A stretch of DNA of 64,000 nucleotides from Pseudovirgaria hyperparasitica (lineage: Eukaryota), in NCBI GenBank assembly GCA_010093815.1, contig ML996573.1; one strand, written 5' to 3'. Each line of letters starts with the position of its first letter. Positions within the stretch are counted from its first letter, which is position 1. This document shows, piece after piece, positions 1-12,714 of the stretch. A program made the position numbers and the translations under genes. The notes under the pieces are model-generated. The model was not told the origin of the DNA. It saw only the letters and a program-made list of their open reading frames with translations, and did no database searches.

Positions 1-484
1 AGTGACATCTTGTACATGCCCATAAGCTATAATGGGAACGTCGATATCTGACTAATGCTGTGAAATCGCCTTCTACGAGTCATGATGGATATGCGAGTTA
101 GTTAGATATCACGATCCTTGGTGTGACATTTGAATGCTACGATGGCTGACGAGATTCTCGAAGCCTGATTCAAAGTAAGCTCTCCATCGGTCATGATGTA
201 TATGCGAATCACACGATATGAGACTACAGGGCAGATGTTAGGGGCTATAATGGCAATGGAGGATCGTAGTCGCTACATGTCTCGATATCTGTATTCCCAC
301 GACTGAGCAGTGAGATTTCAAACCCCTATTAAACGTTCATTTTGTGCATCTACAGGATTCTATGTGATGCCTTAACGCTCCTGTCCAAACTACAACGTCT
401 ATTTTCACATGCATATCTGCTGACCCGTTGGTTGTGGCGTGTCCGTCCTCTTCATCCTGCACATGTGTGAGCAGGACCGGAAGT

Positions 485-1502
485 CTACCGCAGGCCTGTT
501 GCGATGGTATTCTTCTTGGGTGCAAGAATGCCGACGTTGCGGAGCTGCTGAACCGTTTTTTCGCTAGTGTCCTTGTCTTTAGCTTTATTGCGTGCGGCTT
601 TGGAAGCTGTGCTGTCAGGGTTGATGATCAGGGGTGTGTCGGTGACGGCTTCAAGAGTTAGTAGAGCTACAGAGAGGTTAAGGGGTGTGTGGTACCTGAA
701 TAGTCAGACGCGATGTTCAGAGCTGATTTTGAAGAGAGCAGGCCCTGCTTGAAGAGGTTCTGGTTGATGTTGTCGAGGGCGGCTTGTTTGCCTGCAGCAT
801 ACCTACGAGCGGTGCTTGCGGAGGTACCGTGTCCGACTGAATTTCTCGTGGGAGAGGCTTTCGTGGTCAGTTATTTATCTTTGGAATAGGAAGAAGAGGT
901 GTCTCATCACCTTTATTGCCATACCCATCGTCTGCAACGTTGGGGGTGTCGAGTCTGGTCTTCGCTCCATAGACACCAATTGGAGGAAGTAGCCCGGCTG
1001 CACGAAGACGGCCAACATGCTCTTGAGCCTTTGATTTCACAGTCTTGTTGCGTTTGGTGTCCTTCTGATCTTGCTCGCTCAACATACGAGGTTCGTGTCC
1101 CGATTTAGAAAGCAGTCCCTCCTCACGAAATTGCTGCTTACGTGCGTAGTCATGGTCAAATTGATTCCTGTCGATGAGGCGGGTGTTGACAGGCCCAACA
1201 TCACCATTGCAGTTGGCTAGATTACTTGTGTCAGGGTTGGCAAAAGGGCCACGATTGGAGAGACCGTTCGTCTTGACTTGAGTTTCAGTTGAATCTCTGC
1301 CTACTGGGAAGACGAAAGGAGGAAGTGGAGGTACATTCACCGGCTGGACATTTTGTGGAGCGGCCAGAGTTGGTCTCGGGCAAAGTATGGCGTTGTTTTG
1401 CTGTGAAAAGACAGAGTCTTTGCGAGAATCCGAATTAACGATTGTGGCGCCAGGGGGGTCAGTGTCGTGAAAGCAGGCGAAGAGGAGACTGAGAAAAGGC
1501 AT
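485..1502 (-). CDS. Hypothetical protein with an internal repeat, 3 exons (1502-911, 857-696, 648-485)
   Basis: The 211-aa ORF 867..1502 extends through two phase-1 introns (910-858 GTGATG..CTGAC..AAG; 695-649 GTACCA..CTAAC..AAG) into a frame reading ..LFKQGLLSSKS..RNKAKDKDTSEKTVQQLRNVGILAP..*, which echoes exon 1 (FREEGLLSKS..RNKTVKSKAQEHVGRLRAAGLLPP). The first donor is non-consensus. Confidence 0.6.
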
Positions 1503-2113
1503 CTTCTAGAAGCCAATAGCCGTGTATCGGTCTCGTGGTTAATCAAGTAGAAGTGTGAAGATGCAGCGTTGGATCGCTCGGTGAGCCTGAAAGACAAATT
1601 AGCTTGTTGGGAGATATCTTTTGTTTTGTTTGGAGGCACGTGCACACAAATTGCGTTGTGAGAACCTGGTAGGGAAACAGGACTAGCTTGAGTGAAGGAT
1701 TGTCCTATGGAATCAATTGCGGATTGGCAGAATCTCAAGAGAGTCTCTACCAGGCCGCGAGTACTGTAGTATCGTTTCTACTTTACTGACAGCTTGTGAC
1801 TGTTGGTGAGATGGCTTCGAAACTACGCGAGCAACAGCGGAACTTTCCTCCGTCCGGGTGTAAATAGTGTGTCGGCAAGGTTTTAGTGCTGGGGGCTTGA
1901 TATGCCTAGGTGGATCATGAAGTGTTTGATTATGGGGCTTGGACGTGCAGCTTCTAAAACATGAGAACATCGTGTGGTTACAAAAGTATCTGGTGTTAAA
2001 GAAGTAGTTCTGTGAGGGATCTGTGACACCAGAACAAAATAGAAATGGTCCACACAAGTATTTATGCACGGACATGGATGAGACCCCAGGACAGAGAAAT
2101 CGAACAGTGAGAT

Positions 2114-2464
2114 TCAAGCGAGAATGTTAGTGACATTGTCGTTGATGTCGCCCAGAGATTTGGCAAAGGACCCTTGACTAGTAGAAGATATATTGTCTAG
2201 AGACTTGTGATTACCCAACCCAAGAATTCCTTGAACTGTCCATCCCAATAACGTTGACTTCGGCGCAGCCGGAGCCTCTCTCTCAACACATGTCAAGGAG
2301 AATATTCGAGAATATTTGAGGCATTACGCAACAAGATGCGTTATGTCGTTGGCTGTGGGCCGGGCGTCCATTGGAAAAGGTTCCGGTTCAGGCTCGGGTT
2401 CAGGTGGATCTGGAGAAAGGGAGTTTTGAGCCTGGGGCTCAGCTGCCATGTAACAATCGGGCAT
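2114..2464 (-). CDS. Possible small spliced Pro/Glu-rich hypothetical protein
   Basis: MPDCYMAAEPQAQNSLSPDPPEPEPEPEPFP.. followed by an intron-like GTAATG..TTGAC..AG stretch that joins ORF 2114..2296. No family recognised and the 3' end is uncertain. Confidence 0.3.
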
Positions 2465-2886
2465 GATGTAGGCTCTCGATGTGCTGGAAGAGAACTGAAT
2501 ATTCGGGTTGAAGTGGTGGACGAGCAAGTTCGAATTTCAGTGATGGGTCCAGTCTTTATAGGACAAAGGGTGTGGGTGACTGCCTAGCCCTGGTGACTTT
2601 GTCTCAAACTTCACTGAAACGCTTCAACATGGCGCCGCCTCGCTTGATATGGTCACCCTCGCTGTTCATGGGAATCCAAGATACGAAAGTGCGTCATGAG
2701 GAGAGTAAAACCAGGTATTGGGATATATGATAATGTGAGAAGCATGCTTGGTGGTTAGTTTGCCTTGTTTGGCGTGCGGCGTCATCGGTTGTTGGGCCCC
2801 ACCGTGGATCAAATTCCAACTTCCACGAGTTCTGGTCTCAGACCTGGTTTGCTAAACATATTCCAGCCAATGCGCAGCTGAGTCAA

Positions 2887-3333
2887 TCAATCGGCATGGC
2901 GACCTTGCCAGCCCATGGCATATGCGTTTCCATGGAATGTTGTCGGTCCCCCATACGCGGTACCGCTCGATGATCGATCTCCAGGGCTCAAAAATTGTGG
3001 CCGCATAGGCGACACCACAGCAGAGCTGCGTGGGGAATTCCGCACGGAGCCCCGTGGTGAGTGGTACGACACACAGTTCGAAGTCGTACTCGTAACTGAT
3101 GCGTTCTTCACGTGACTGAGCTGATTTGTTGACGACCTGATCGAGTGTGTACTGGTTGCTGGCGATTTTGACATCGGGGTCGGTGGAGAACTCGTAATTC
3201 CTGGTGTGTTCGGTCGGGACGTTTTTATAGGTGATGAAGCTTCATGCGATCGTGAGATAGGCTTTGTAGCTTCTTTCTGCTGGGTGTCTATTGTTCGGAG
3301 TGAAGCCTTTGACTTTGACAAGGTGCAGCCCAT
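2887..3333 (-). CDS. Small Ser/Thr/Pro-rich protein with N-terminal MGC dual-acylation signal
   Basis: 148-aa ATG ORF beginning MGCTLSKSK (Gly2, Cys3, Ser6, Lys7), then a low-complexity SP-rich body. Divergent from ATG29. Confidence 0.65.
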   Translation of the reverse strand: MGCTLSKSKASLRTIDTQQKEATKPISRSHEASSPIKTSRPNTPGITSSPPTPMSKSPATSTHSIRSSTNQLSHVKNASVTSTTSNCVSYHSPRGSVRNSPRSSAVVSPMRPQFLSPGDRSSSGTAYGGPTTFHGNAYAMGWQGRHAD

Positions 3334-4183
3334 CGTGAACCTTAAATGGGAGAGTAGTAGAAACTAGGCAGAAATCGATATCCAAGAAGAAAAAAACTTG
3401 ACTTTTAACGAAGTATATGTTAGCTCACGCCAGGACCGGGGGGGCGGCCACGCAAGCAAAGGCAGCCAGAAGACACAGAACGCCAAGAATGAGGCAAGTT
3501 GATAGTTGGAATATTGTGTAGTCGCAAAAGATAGTGAAGTGCTGCTTAGAGAGAGCTATGGAGAGGAGCAGATAGATACATCTGTTCCCACGGAAGTACG
3601 CAACCGCGAGTCGCCATTCCTCAGCCAGCACAGTCTCGGTCTCAGTCTCACTTCTTGGGAGCTCCTACTCCCTGCGCTGGCGCGAGTCTCGAGGCTTCCA
3701 AGTCCGCTTATATCGACTACCTTTGACGACGGTGGCACGCATTTATGGGCTGATCACAATTAACAAGCTGGCTGCTCCACTGCGGAATGCGGATTGTTTT
3801 GTCTTGCCCGAGCCGACACGGATGTATCGAATCCTTTGGCCGTGTTCAAGTAGAGGTAAGCAAGAAGACACATGAATAGTTTTTGTTGTATGTGATACTG
3901 AAGTCGTTGCGCGGATACTGTCCTCAAAGAATGGCGAACGTAGTAGGATCAAGGCACATGGATTAGTGCCTTGCATATCGGGCATCAGATCCGTGAATTT
4001 TAGCGTCGGAGTTAATGGGCGAACTAATATCAGCTAGGACTCAACCTCGCGCTTTACTTCAACTGCACCTCATTACACTGCTCCAGGCGTGACATCAGAG
4101 CATGCCCACGTACTGGCATCGCGCCATCACTCCTTATATTTCTGGACTTTCAGCCCCAAGTAGGCTGTACGGTATGAGCTGAA

Positions 4184-5814
4184 ATGGCTCCTCCACAGAG
4201 TGTCCCGACTGCCGGCACAGCAGTACATGCCCAAACGTCTTCAACCAATGTTCCAGGAAAGTCAGAGCCGAGGCAGAGACGCGTAGCGGAACCAGAGGAG
4301 AAGGTACATTTCACCGCCCTCATTCGCCTGCCTTTCCTCAGAGGAGACTTTGTTGATCCGCCCCAAGTGGACTGGGACAACACCAGAGACCAAGCGCTTT
4401 GGAAGATCATCTCGCGCAGTTCGAAGGCCAGCGCTATAGATTGTATGTCCTTTCTTTAAAACCCTGCATTTTACTAACTACCATAGGGACAGAACTGTAA
4501 GCCAACCTTGACGTCCCGTCATTTCACCCTCTGACCCCAAATAGAGCCAATAAATTTCAAGTCCCACATACCTTTCTGCTACAACAGGCAGCATGGCTGT
4601 ACGAACGACACATATCCCATGTCCGCGCTCAGATGCGGAAAGTTCAAACACCTACAGCTTCCACTGGAATAGGATCTGCGAGCTCCACAACACCTGTCTG
4701 TAGTGTTCCCATGAAAAGGCTTGGTAGTGGAGGCTCTAGAGCACCCTCATCATTGTCCATCAGATCGAAGGTTGAAATTGTCAAAGTAGATGGTAGCTTA
4801 CCAGGATCCCCCAAAGCGCCAGCACCTACAATATCACGAACACCATCAACAACGACCGTCACGCACAGCGGTCTGGGTGTTACTGCTCCTGTCAGTCCTA
4901 GACCACCTCATAGATCGTTCCGTTCGTCCTTCCCACCGTCTCGCAAGGCTCCGCCTGCCGTGCCTGTGCACGGTGCTAGTACTGCAACCAATCATCCTAC
5001 CAGTCCTGATTCGCTCTCTGGTGCCGACTCAAGTTCGTCGGCAAGCTCCTCTGACGAGGAGCCCGATAATCCCATCCGGCGCAGCCAAATATTCAAGCGC
5101 CCTCCTCGTTTCACGCAACGCAAATCTCCCCTTGCTCCTCTTGATGATGCTTCAGAAAATGATCCAGATGAGGATGACTCCTCGAATTCCGACCTTCCAT
5201 TCGCAATGGTCAATCAGAATTATACTCAGAACAAGACGCCTGCCCGGCAAGATCCACATCACGCTCAAGGTGGCCTAGTAAAAGGGGCTGACAAGTCGAA
5301 AGGAAAATCAATTACTGACCCTCGAGCACAGCGTCAAGTTATAGGATCTACATCTGGTATTGAATCCTCTGCATCTTCCGCATCATCTGCTGTACCTGGC
5401 CGTTCCAATCAAGTACCTTCATCACCTCCACCAATGTCACCACGACACAGAGCGGAGCTGGCACGCTTAAACCCTCACAAACGAAATAGTGTAGGCTCCC
5501 CGAGTAGCAGGGGCAAAGGTAAGGAAACAGGCAGCGACGGCACACCTAGCATGGGCAGCAGCTTCAGTGATCTTGACGGTAAGTTTTCGCCGTCTCATTC
5601 AACCGTCGACTTGCCTCCGAATCGTCTTCCAAATGCCGTCGACCGTATCGCGAATGATATTCTCCGCCGTTGCGAGTCAATGTAGTCGCACCACAGCTAA
5701 AGTGTCTGCCTAGATGCCAGTGTCACTCAGTCCGCACTAGAGGAAGCGCTCTTGAGCAATATGCAGCATGGTAGAATGAGTACATTGAGTAATCTGCGAT
5801 CGAGGTATTTGTAA
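4184..5814 (+). CDS. ATG29: Autophagy-related protein 29, 4 exons (4184-4442, 4487-4496, 4545-5578, 5714-5814)
   Basis: Spliced N-terminus reads HFTALIRLPFLRGDFVDPPQVDWDNTRDQALWKII..DWTELANKFQVPHTFLLQQAAWLYERH (Atg29 N-domain); C-terminus SDGTPSMGSSFSDLDDASVTQSALEEALLSNM. Introns have GTATGT/GTAAGC/GTAAGT donors, branch points and TAG acceptors. Confidence 0.93.
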
Positions 5815-7651
5815 AGTGAGCAGTCATACAGCTTCAAATCTAGGATATCTCATCATTTCTTTGTTCTCCTTGAATGTCCTACAATTCCTATGTTTCCTTC
5901 TTCATGAATACCTGGCTATATAAAATCTCTTGATTCATTCGCTTGTATAAGCTAGGTTGCTCGCAACAACGGTTCGACATGTGCTCAGCATCTCCACTTG
6001 CACATTTATTCTGCATACTGAATCTCTTGCTTGAGTCTCGTCCATATATCACTGTATACCCTCTCTTGCTCTGCTCTTCTGCAGTCGTACTTTATATTCT
6101 TATGTTTTATGGACAATCCATTACGAGTGTACGAGCTTCTATGTCTTTCGGGCTCGCTTTATTCTTGATGTGATGCTTCCATGTTCCCTTTGACACCTGT
6201 CGTACTGTGGACAATTGCCAGTGGCTGTGTCGATGCTCAAGAAGAGGAATCGCTCAGGGAAAATGACTGGCATCGTTCACGCAAACGTAGACTGATGAGG
6301 CGGTCAGCAGGCTGTTCTGATATCTCACGCAGACCACTCATCTTAGTATGTTCTTATGCGTTACATACCGTGAGAAAGGACGCCAGAGTGTAGTCAGCTC
6401 TGGCAGTAGACAGGCTTGAGGCAAATTAATTGTCAATGGACCGAAGAGCTATACACTAAAGCCCTGGAATGAGTGATGTTTACGCAGCGGAACCGCATTC
6501 TTGTCAGGAGCGCAGTCTTGTGGACCATATCGCTCGTGGTAATGGTCGTAGGTGCTGCCGTTGATGTTCGGGTGTAGGCTTGTCGATGCGGTCGCGTCGT
6601 AGGTGAAGATCTGGAGGGGAATTTTGGGTCGAAATTGGACGTTTTCAAAAAGTGTGCTAGGAACTCGTACCAGAGTCTCAAATGCTTTTGTATTGACCCT
6701 GAACCACTGATCAGATGTTTTTTGGTCCGTATAGTATCGCGTTGTGGCAATGTCGCTGGTATTATCGCGTCAGGCCGGTTTTGAGTCGAAATCTGACTCG
6801 ACAACAAAGTTCCCTAGGAACGCGTAGTAAGTCTCAAGAAGCTCCTTTTGTCTTATCTCTATACACACTAACAAATTTCAGAGTTCTAGGACATCTTAAA
6901 ACCTCACCGTCGTCGTCGATGGCTCCAAAACTGCTTTTTCGTCACAAAATCACGCAATTTTGACAACTACGCGACCACACGATCACCGGACACATTTAAA
7001 ACTTGTAGGAACTCAGATATACTACTCGTAAAGATATATACAGCTTCCTACACACATAACTGACGTTTCTGAGGTTTGCGGTCACACTTTCCTCCCGACG
7101 TCCTCCTGGAAATCTTGCTGCCTGAGGGCCTTGTCATGCCCCAGGCCACGATTTTTGCCAAGCCGTACCACACTATACACGCAAAGTACCTCGCTTTGCA
7201 GGTGTAATCAGAACGCCGAGCTGCCGATAGACTGCGCTAGACCAGAAGTAGCCAGCCTGGACCGTGCTCAAGAGCTGTCGCTTCTGCGCGACTATATAAA
7301 CAACGGTCCTCTCTCCCTCGAAACACTTTCCTTCTTTCCTCATGCTCGCCCATTGGGCATCGCCAGCATCAGCCGGGGAGCTAGAGTCTGAGCGGGCCTC
7401 GACTCTAGCAATTGGAGGCTTCGGGTTCGTTACACAGAAACACATTCTTGTCCGACCTCTTTCACTCGGCGGGGTGGGAGGAAAACTAAGATCTGGGACT
7501 ACCTTCTACCAGATTATGGTCGCGGACGCGTGAACATAGTCTGGAGAAGGACTAACTAGGGCGCAAAGAAGAGTAGTGGCCTTTGCGAGATGTTCGGAGG
7601 GGCTGGACCGACATCATTAGTTTGTAGCACTGGTTTGTATCTGGCTTGGTA

Positions 7652-7730
7652 TTTCCTTCTCTCTCTTTTCCTTTTTTTTCTTTTCTCTTCTCTCTTTATC
7701 TTTGTCTCCCTCTCCTCTTTCTTTTTTCAG
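7652..7730 (+). repeat. Long polypyrimidine (CT-rich) tract ending in CAG
   Basis: About 75 nt almost entirely C/T. Confidence 0.8.
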
Positions 7731-10700
7731 ACTGTCATCATGCAGAGTTTAATTAGGGCGCAGAGCAATAGGGCTCTGTAGTCACGGGAGGGGAGGGCCC
7801 GTTGACAATCAATCGAATTAATCAATTTCTTCTACTTCTTCTTCCTCTTCTTCCCATCATCCGTTGGTGATCTATCTTGAGTGTGACTGACTTCGCTTTC
7901 TGGTGACTTGCCTACCTTCAACAACATGTTGGTGACATGCCTTGCTCGCCTTGCTCGCCTTGTCGTCTGATCTCGTCCACTCCTTGCCCATAAGGTTACT
8001 TGAAGTCAACGATCGTCGGCCATGCTTAGCTCGCCTTTTCACCGCAGCTTGAATCTTGCCCGTTGTCGTCCTTATCTCACCCTTATCCCTGAGTAACACG
8101 CGCAATACGCGTACCGTGCACGCTGACTCCAAGGCTACGCAAGCTAGCCGATTTGTCACTGATCCTCCCAGTTAGCATGCTCACCCTCTTCTATGAATGG
8201 GTTTTCGTTTTTGATCTCCCCATGACTCACACATCGGGCCGTATATGCTACATCTTTGTTTTTCTCGTTCTCTGCCGCTGACAGCGGCAACATCTCCTTG
8301 CTAACCAGTCTTCGCCGTCGTTCCTTATTGAAATTTCTACTGTGCTGCTCTTCTTGAAAGAGCAGTACTAAGAATTGATAGTGAAGCACGCAGTGACCCG
8401 TATCCTTCGATCATTGGTAATGGCATCCATCATGGGCTTGCTGGGTGAATGCTTGTTTGATTTTGCGTTATTCTACTATATAGAGTGCACCCGCCGCTTA
8501 CTTTCTTGCTCCTCCTTTAGTCACGTCGTAATGACATACAAGATCCATCCCATACTGGACAAAGGCGATATATGCTTCTAGCCCCGCCACTCCAAGCAAT
8601 TATCTTCATGTCTCTTGGCGCTTTCCTGTCGCTCGACTGATAATGCTTTTCTCACTACGATACATGGCGATAGTTTTCATCCTGGCTCACCTTCATTGTA
8701 TTGCTTCCTTGAAACATAGCGAAGTCCATGGGCATAGAATTCTCCCTCGAAGTTACACTACGCAATAATATGCTTGAATTTCGTTTTCGTTGCTCTTGTT
8801 ATGCTCAGATGTGGCGGAGTGCCTCTTCATATCTTAAAGATTATCCTTAGCATGTGCTCCTAAAGAGAGGCTCTACGGTGCAAATACACCATATTGCGAT
8901 CTTCTTCAGCTGTGCTATTCATGTAACTCGTTGGCATAGCGCAATAGCACGTACAACTAGGTCGCATCATTCACACACGGACTTCCTCACGTACCCGGCA
9001 CCGACCCCTTGGTTGTAAGATACATATATTTCCTATGTTCTCCTCGGGACTCCTCCTTGCCGCTTACTTCATAGCTTGTGTTCGAAGCACACGTCGAACA
9101 AAGCTAAGGCATTCTATGCTTCCGGGGTGCTTGCTCTGGCGTTCTGAATCCTCGCTTCGAAGTGTGTGACTCGGCGCTCTGGCGCTCGAACATTATGTGG
9201 GTCTTCTGCGCTGATTTCGTTTCTTTGATAGTGTTGATATCGTGGAAGTTTCGATGACGTGGACCGTCATGATCAGCTCATGATGATGGCCATCGATATC
9301 ACCCTTTGTGGGCTGCCAGAGCATTTACCAGCTTACCAGTATTTGTGTTTGAGCTTTTGCGCTGCGCACAGCCTGTGTAAAGTAGAGCTTATGTATTTAC
9401 TCGTGATTTAGCTACCTTCTTATGCTTCTCAGTCTTACTTGCCTTGAGTGTGCCACTGATGAGGAAACCGTGGGTTCATGATGTGGCGTCCGTGTCAATT
9501 GCCTGATAACTTTTTACGGTCTACCCGGCATTCAAGATTCCTTCCCCCAAATCTGGGAGTCATGTACCCGGTAAGTGGTCTCTCGGCAAGGAGTAGATAA
9601 TCATCCCTCTCGTCGGCTGTGACTATTCTGTTGGCATTAGTGATACTAACCTAAAACGGATTCTCTTCTACTCCTGCTCGGCGCAGTATACCTATGGAGT
9701 CTTTTGATGCTTGGACGTGACTGGGCACTTAATGTGGTGGTGGGTGTAATCTTGAGCGGTGATAACGCGCGCTAGAAACGTTCCTTGATGCATAGCTTCA
9801 TCATAACAGGGTGAAGATACTTCCACATAGATAATGTACAAAGGTTACCGATGCTACAAGTCAAAAACAACATCTTCAGAGCGGACTTCTGCAAGTTCTC
9901 ACAGGAAAGTCGATATGTCGTTCTTTACCATAAGCAGCCATGTGAGCTCTTAAATGCTCGCCCTCGTTCGTTCTATGCAAAAATTGGTGCGTCTCATCAC
10001 ATCATTCTTTGAGTGATGTTTGGGTAAGCTACAACGGAGTTCTGGTGGGTAGTATAAGTGCCACAGTAGGTCACTGTGAATGAAATTTGATGTTTAGTGC
10101 AAGCAGTAGTCGGTTCAAAATAACTTTCTCAACTCTGCTTGCGAAAGTGGCCGTGTTTGCTCAAAGATCACTGAATGGTTGAGCAGAATTCCTCTGGTTG
10201 GCATCTGGAAACTCTCCATGCTCTCTCCTCGACAGTAATTCTCTGCCTTGATGTGTGTGACATAGAATGCATTCACTTGGCGTTCATTCGACATCATTCT
10301 AGCTGCTAATCATGTAGTGTAAATTATGACACCATACGAGCCTTAAACAAAACTTTCCACGCATGAAGTGCTTGGTCCAGTGAAGGACTCTTTTTACCTC
10401 GCGGTCGAGTGGTGCAGTTGTATGTTTAAGGGTGAGTGTTAATGCGCAATCGACGCTTCACTGGATTCGATCATTTGGACGTACCCGGCGGTCTTTCGTT
10501 CGTAAGATGTGTATATATCTAGAGCCTATCTAGAGAATCTATCTCTCCTATATCTCCATGCTCATTGCACAAGCTGCGATGATGAGTCGTGGAGGGATAT
10601 CTATGTGTCTGCCTCCAAATCATGGTCTATCTGAGCCCATGTGTTCCTTTGCGTCTTATTAGGATGAAAGGTTAATGTTCTGTTTGCGCTCTTATATGAT

Positions 10701-12714
10701 GATGATGTACGTCATTGTTGATAGTGGTTGCTGAGGACAATACTTCATTGCTATCTGGGATCCTGATGTGTGTGTGTGTGTCACCTGTTTTGCTCGTGCT
10801 TCGTGCACTTCTTCGTGTCTTGTAGACTGGCCAGTGACATCGAACCTGCTCAGTGTGGTGATGATGATGGTCATCACCATACTGAAGTGTGATCGATGAA
10901 CTCTATCATTGTAAGGTAGAATTCCTTCGTAGATTAGGTCTGGAATTGCCCACAACCGTGCGCAAAATGTTCAATATTCTTACGCCTGCGTACACAGAAG
11001 CTGTGCAAATATCGAGCCGACGTCGATCAGAACATCTCTCTCCTTACTCAAACCAAAAAGAGAGAATGCTAATACATACACATCGAATCTCACTCTCATG
11101 TTCATACTGACCATCGCCCCTGAAGTCTGCATTCATTCCAAGTGAGCAGCGTTGATGCATTGCATCACTGATGCTACCTGATGCACTACTTCACGTCCAG
11201 ATACAATGGCACGGAGCCATAAAGTCCAAACGACTCGACGAGAACGTAGATGATGCATCGGAGCTCGGTCATCAAATAGCATGATTGCGTAGGAAGCTAC
11301 TGCCGGATTCCAACCTTGTAAGATACATACTCATTGTAAGAAGAATACTGTCAAGGAAGCTGCTCCCTTTATACATCCAAGAGCAGGCCACACACGTCGG
11401 GTAGGTGACTTCAAACTAACCACCTAGCACGCATCAGTCTATGTTCCTTGGAAAGGAGAGAAGACACCTACCCGTCACTAGCTGCTTCTGCGAAGCCAAG
11501 TAAAAGTATATAAAACACGATCTGCTCTGTCTTTCACGTTTCAGCCCTGTACCATTACTCCCTGAGGCTTAGGGATCGTGCTCTATCGTAATATATTTCC
11601 ATCACACGCATGGTGTACCCGGGTGTTTGATATCGAAATTAATGGATTGGGGTGCTGCGCTACTTTGCATGGTCTATAGTAGGCTGGATGGGAACTTGGG
11701 GATCGTGAGGGTTCGAATGCTTACGTCGGCGTTGTATGGTTATGCCAATGATATCCGATCAATCACGTGCCATGTTACGAACGAGTAGCACGCAGCGCGA
11801 ATATCGCTTCATGGGCGGGAGATGAGAGGACTAGGGAGTGAGACATAGGAAGTTCAAAGTGAATAGTGCGATAGTTCCATAATGGAGGATGAAGTGTGTA
11901 TATAAGATCACAGCACGCAATATCAGGAGAATTGATGGTTATAAAGTATGGAGTATGGAGTAAAGTCAAGCCATGGACTTCGAACGTAAAGGATGTGTAC
12001 ACCTTTAATATAATGTCGATGGTCTTTATCTGTAAACTCATCTGATACAAGGCCTTGGGGCAGAGTACAATCGATTAGCATATTGTGAATCGGCTGTAAG
12101 AAAGTCATCTACCTTAGCGATTGCTTTGATTTCAATTCGCTGCGTCCAAGACTCCAAGAATACATGTTCTCTGTGTTTGTTAAACTTACGTGCTGTTTGG
12201 AGCTACGACTGATGCTTATCATTGGTTGTAACATTGTAGACACAATAATATCGCGTACGTCGTAGATATCAAATAGTGATGATTCTATTCCCATAAAGCA
12301 TGTTTGAATCTAGTTCTTTCCGAAATAGTATACAATCTAACACAACTATGACTAACCTTAAAGGGCTGGGTCTGGGAACCTGCGCTAGCTTGTTCAGGAA
12401 AATTCTATGCAGAGATGGATGGATTTCGACAGGCGTTGGGAAGCTCAACTCGTCCATCAAATCAATTATGTATCACTGTAATGACACTTGCAGAATATTT
12501 ATCCGGCTTGTCCTACTTCATGACGTCTGCGTCGTGCACGTCCATATGGGCGTGCTGCAAGGTTGGGGACGCGTCCGTTTGCGCTTACCGTAGCTTATGA
12601 CGCCATGGTGACCACTGAAACCAAAGCTGTAAAACAAAACCTCAATTGCCCGCTGTGCCAACTCAGCCTCTCCATTCCTTGTCTCCCCCATATTTCATCT
12701 TGATAATTACAATT

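Noticed and set aside
11690..11735. GGTTCGAAT resembling a tRNA T-loop / B box
   Set aside because: No acceptor stem, D arm or A box could be built around it.
5943..12600. Many 60-125 aa ORFs in the long intergenic tract
   Set aside because: No recognisable motifs, mostly non-ATG starts, and no consistent splice model.
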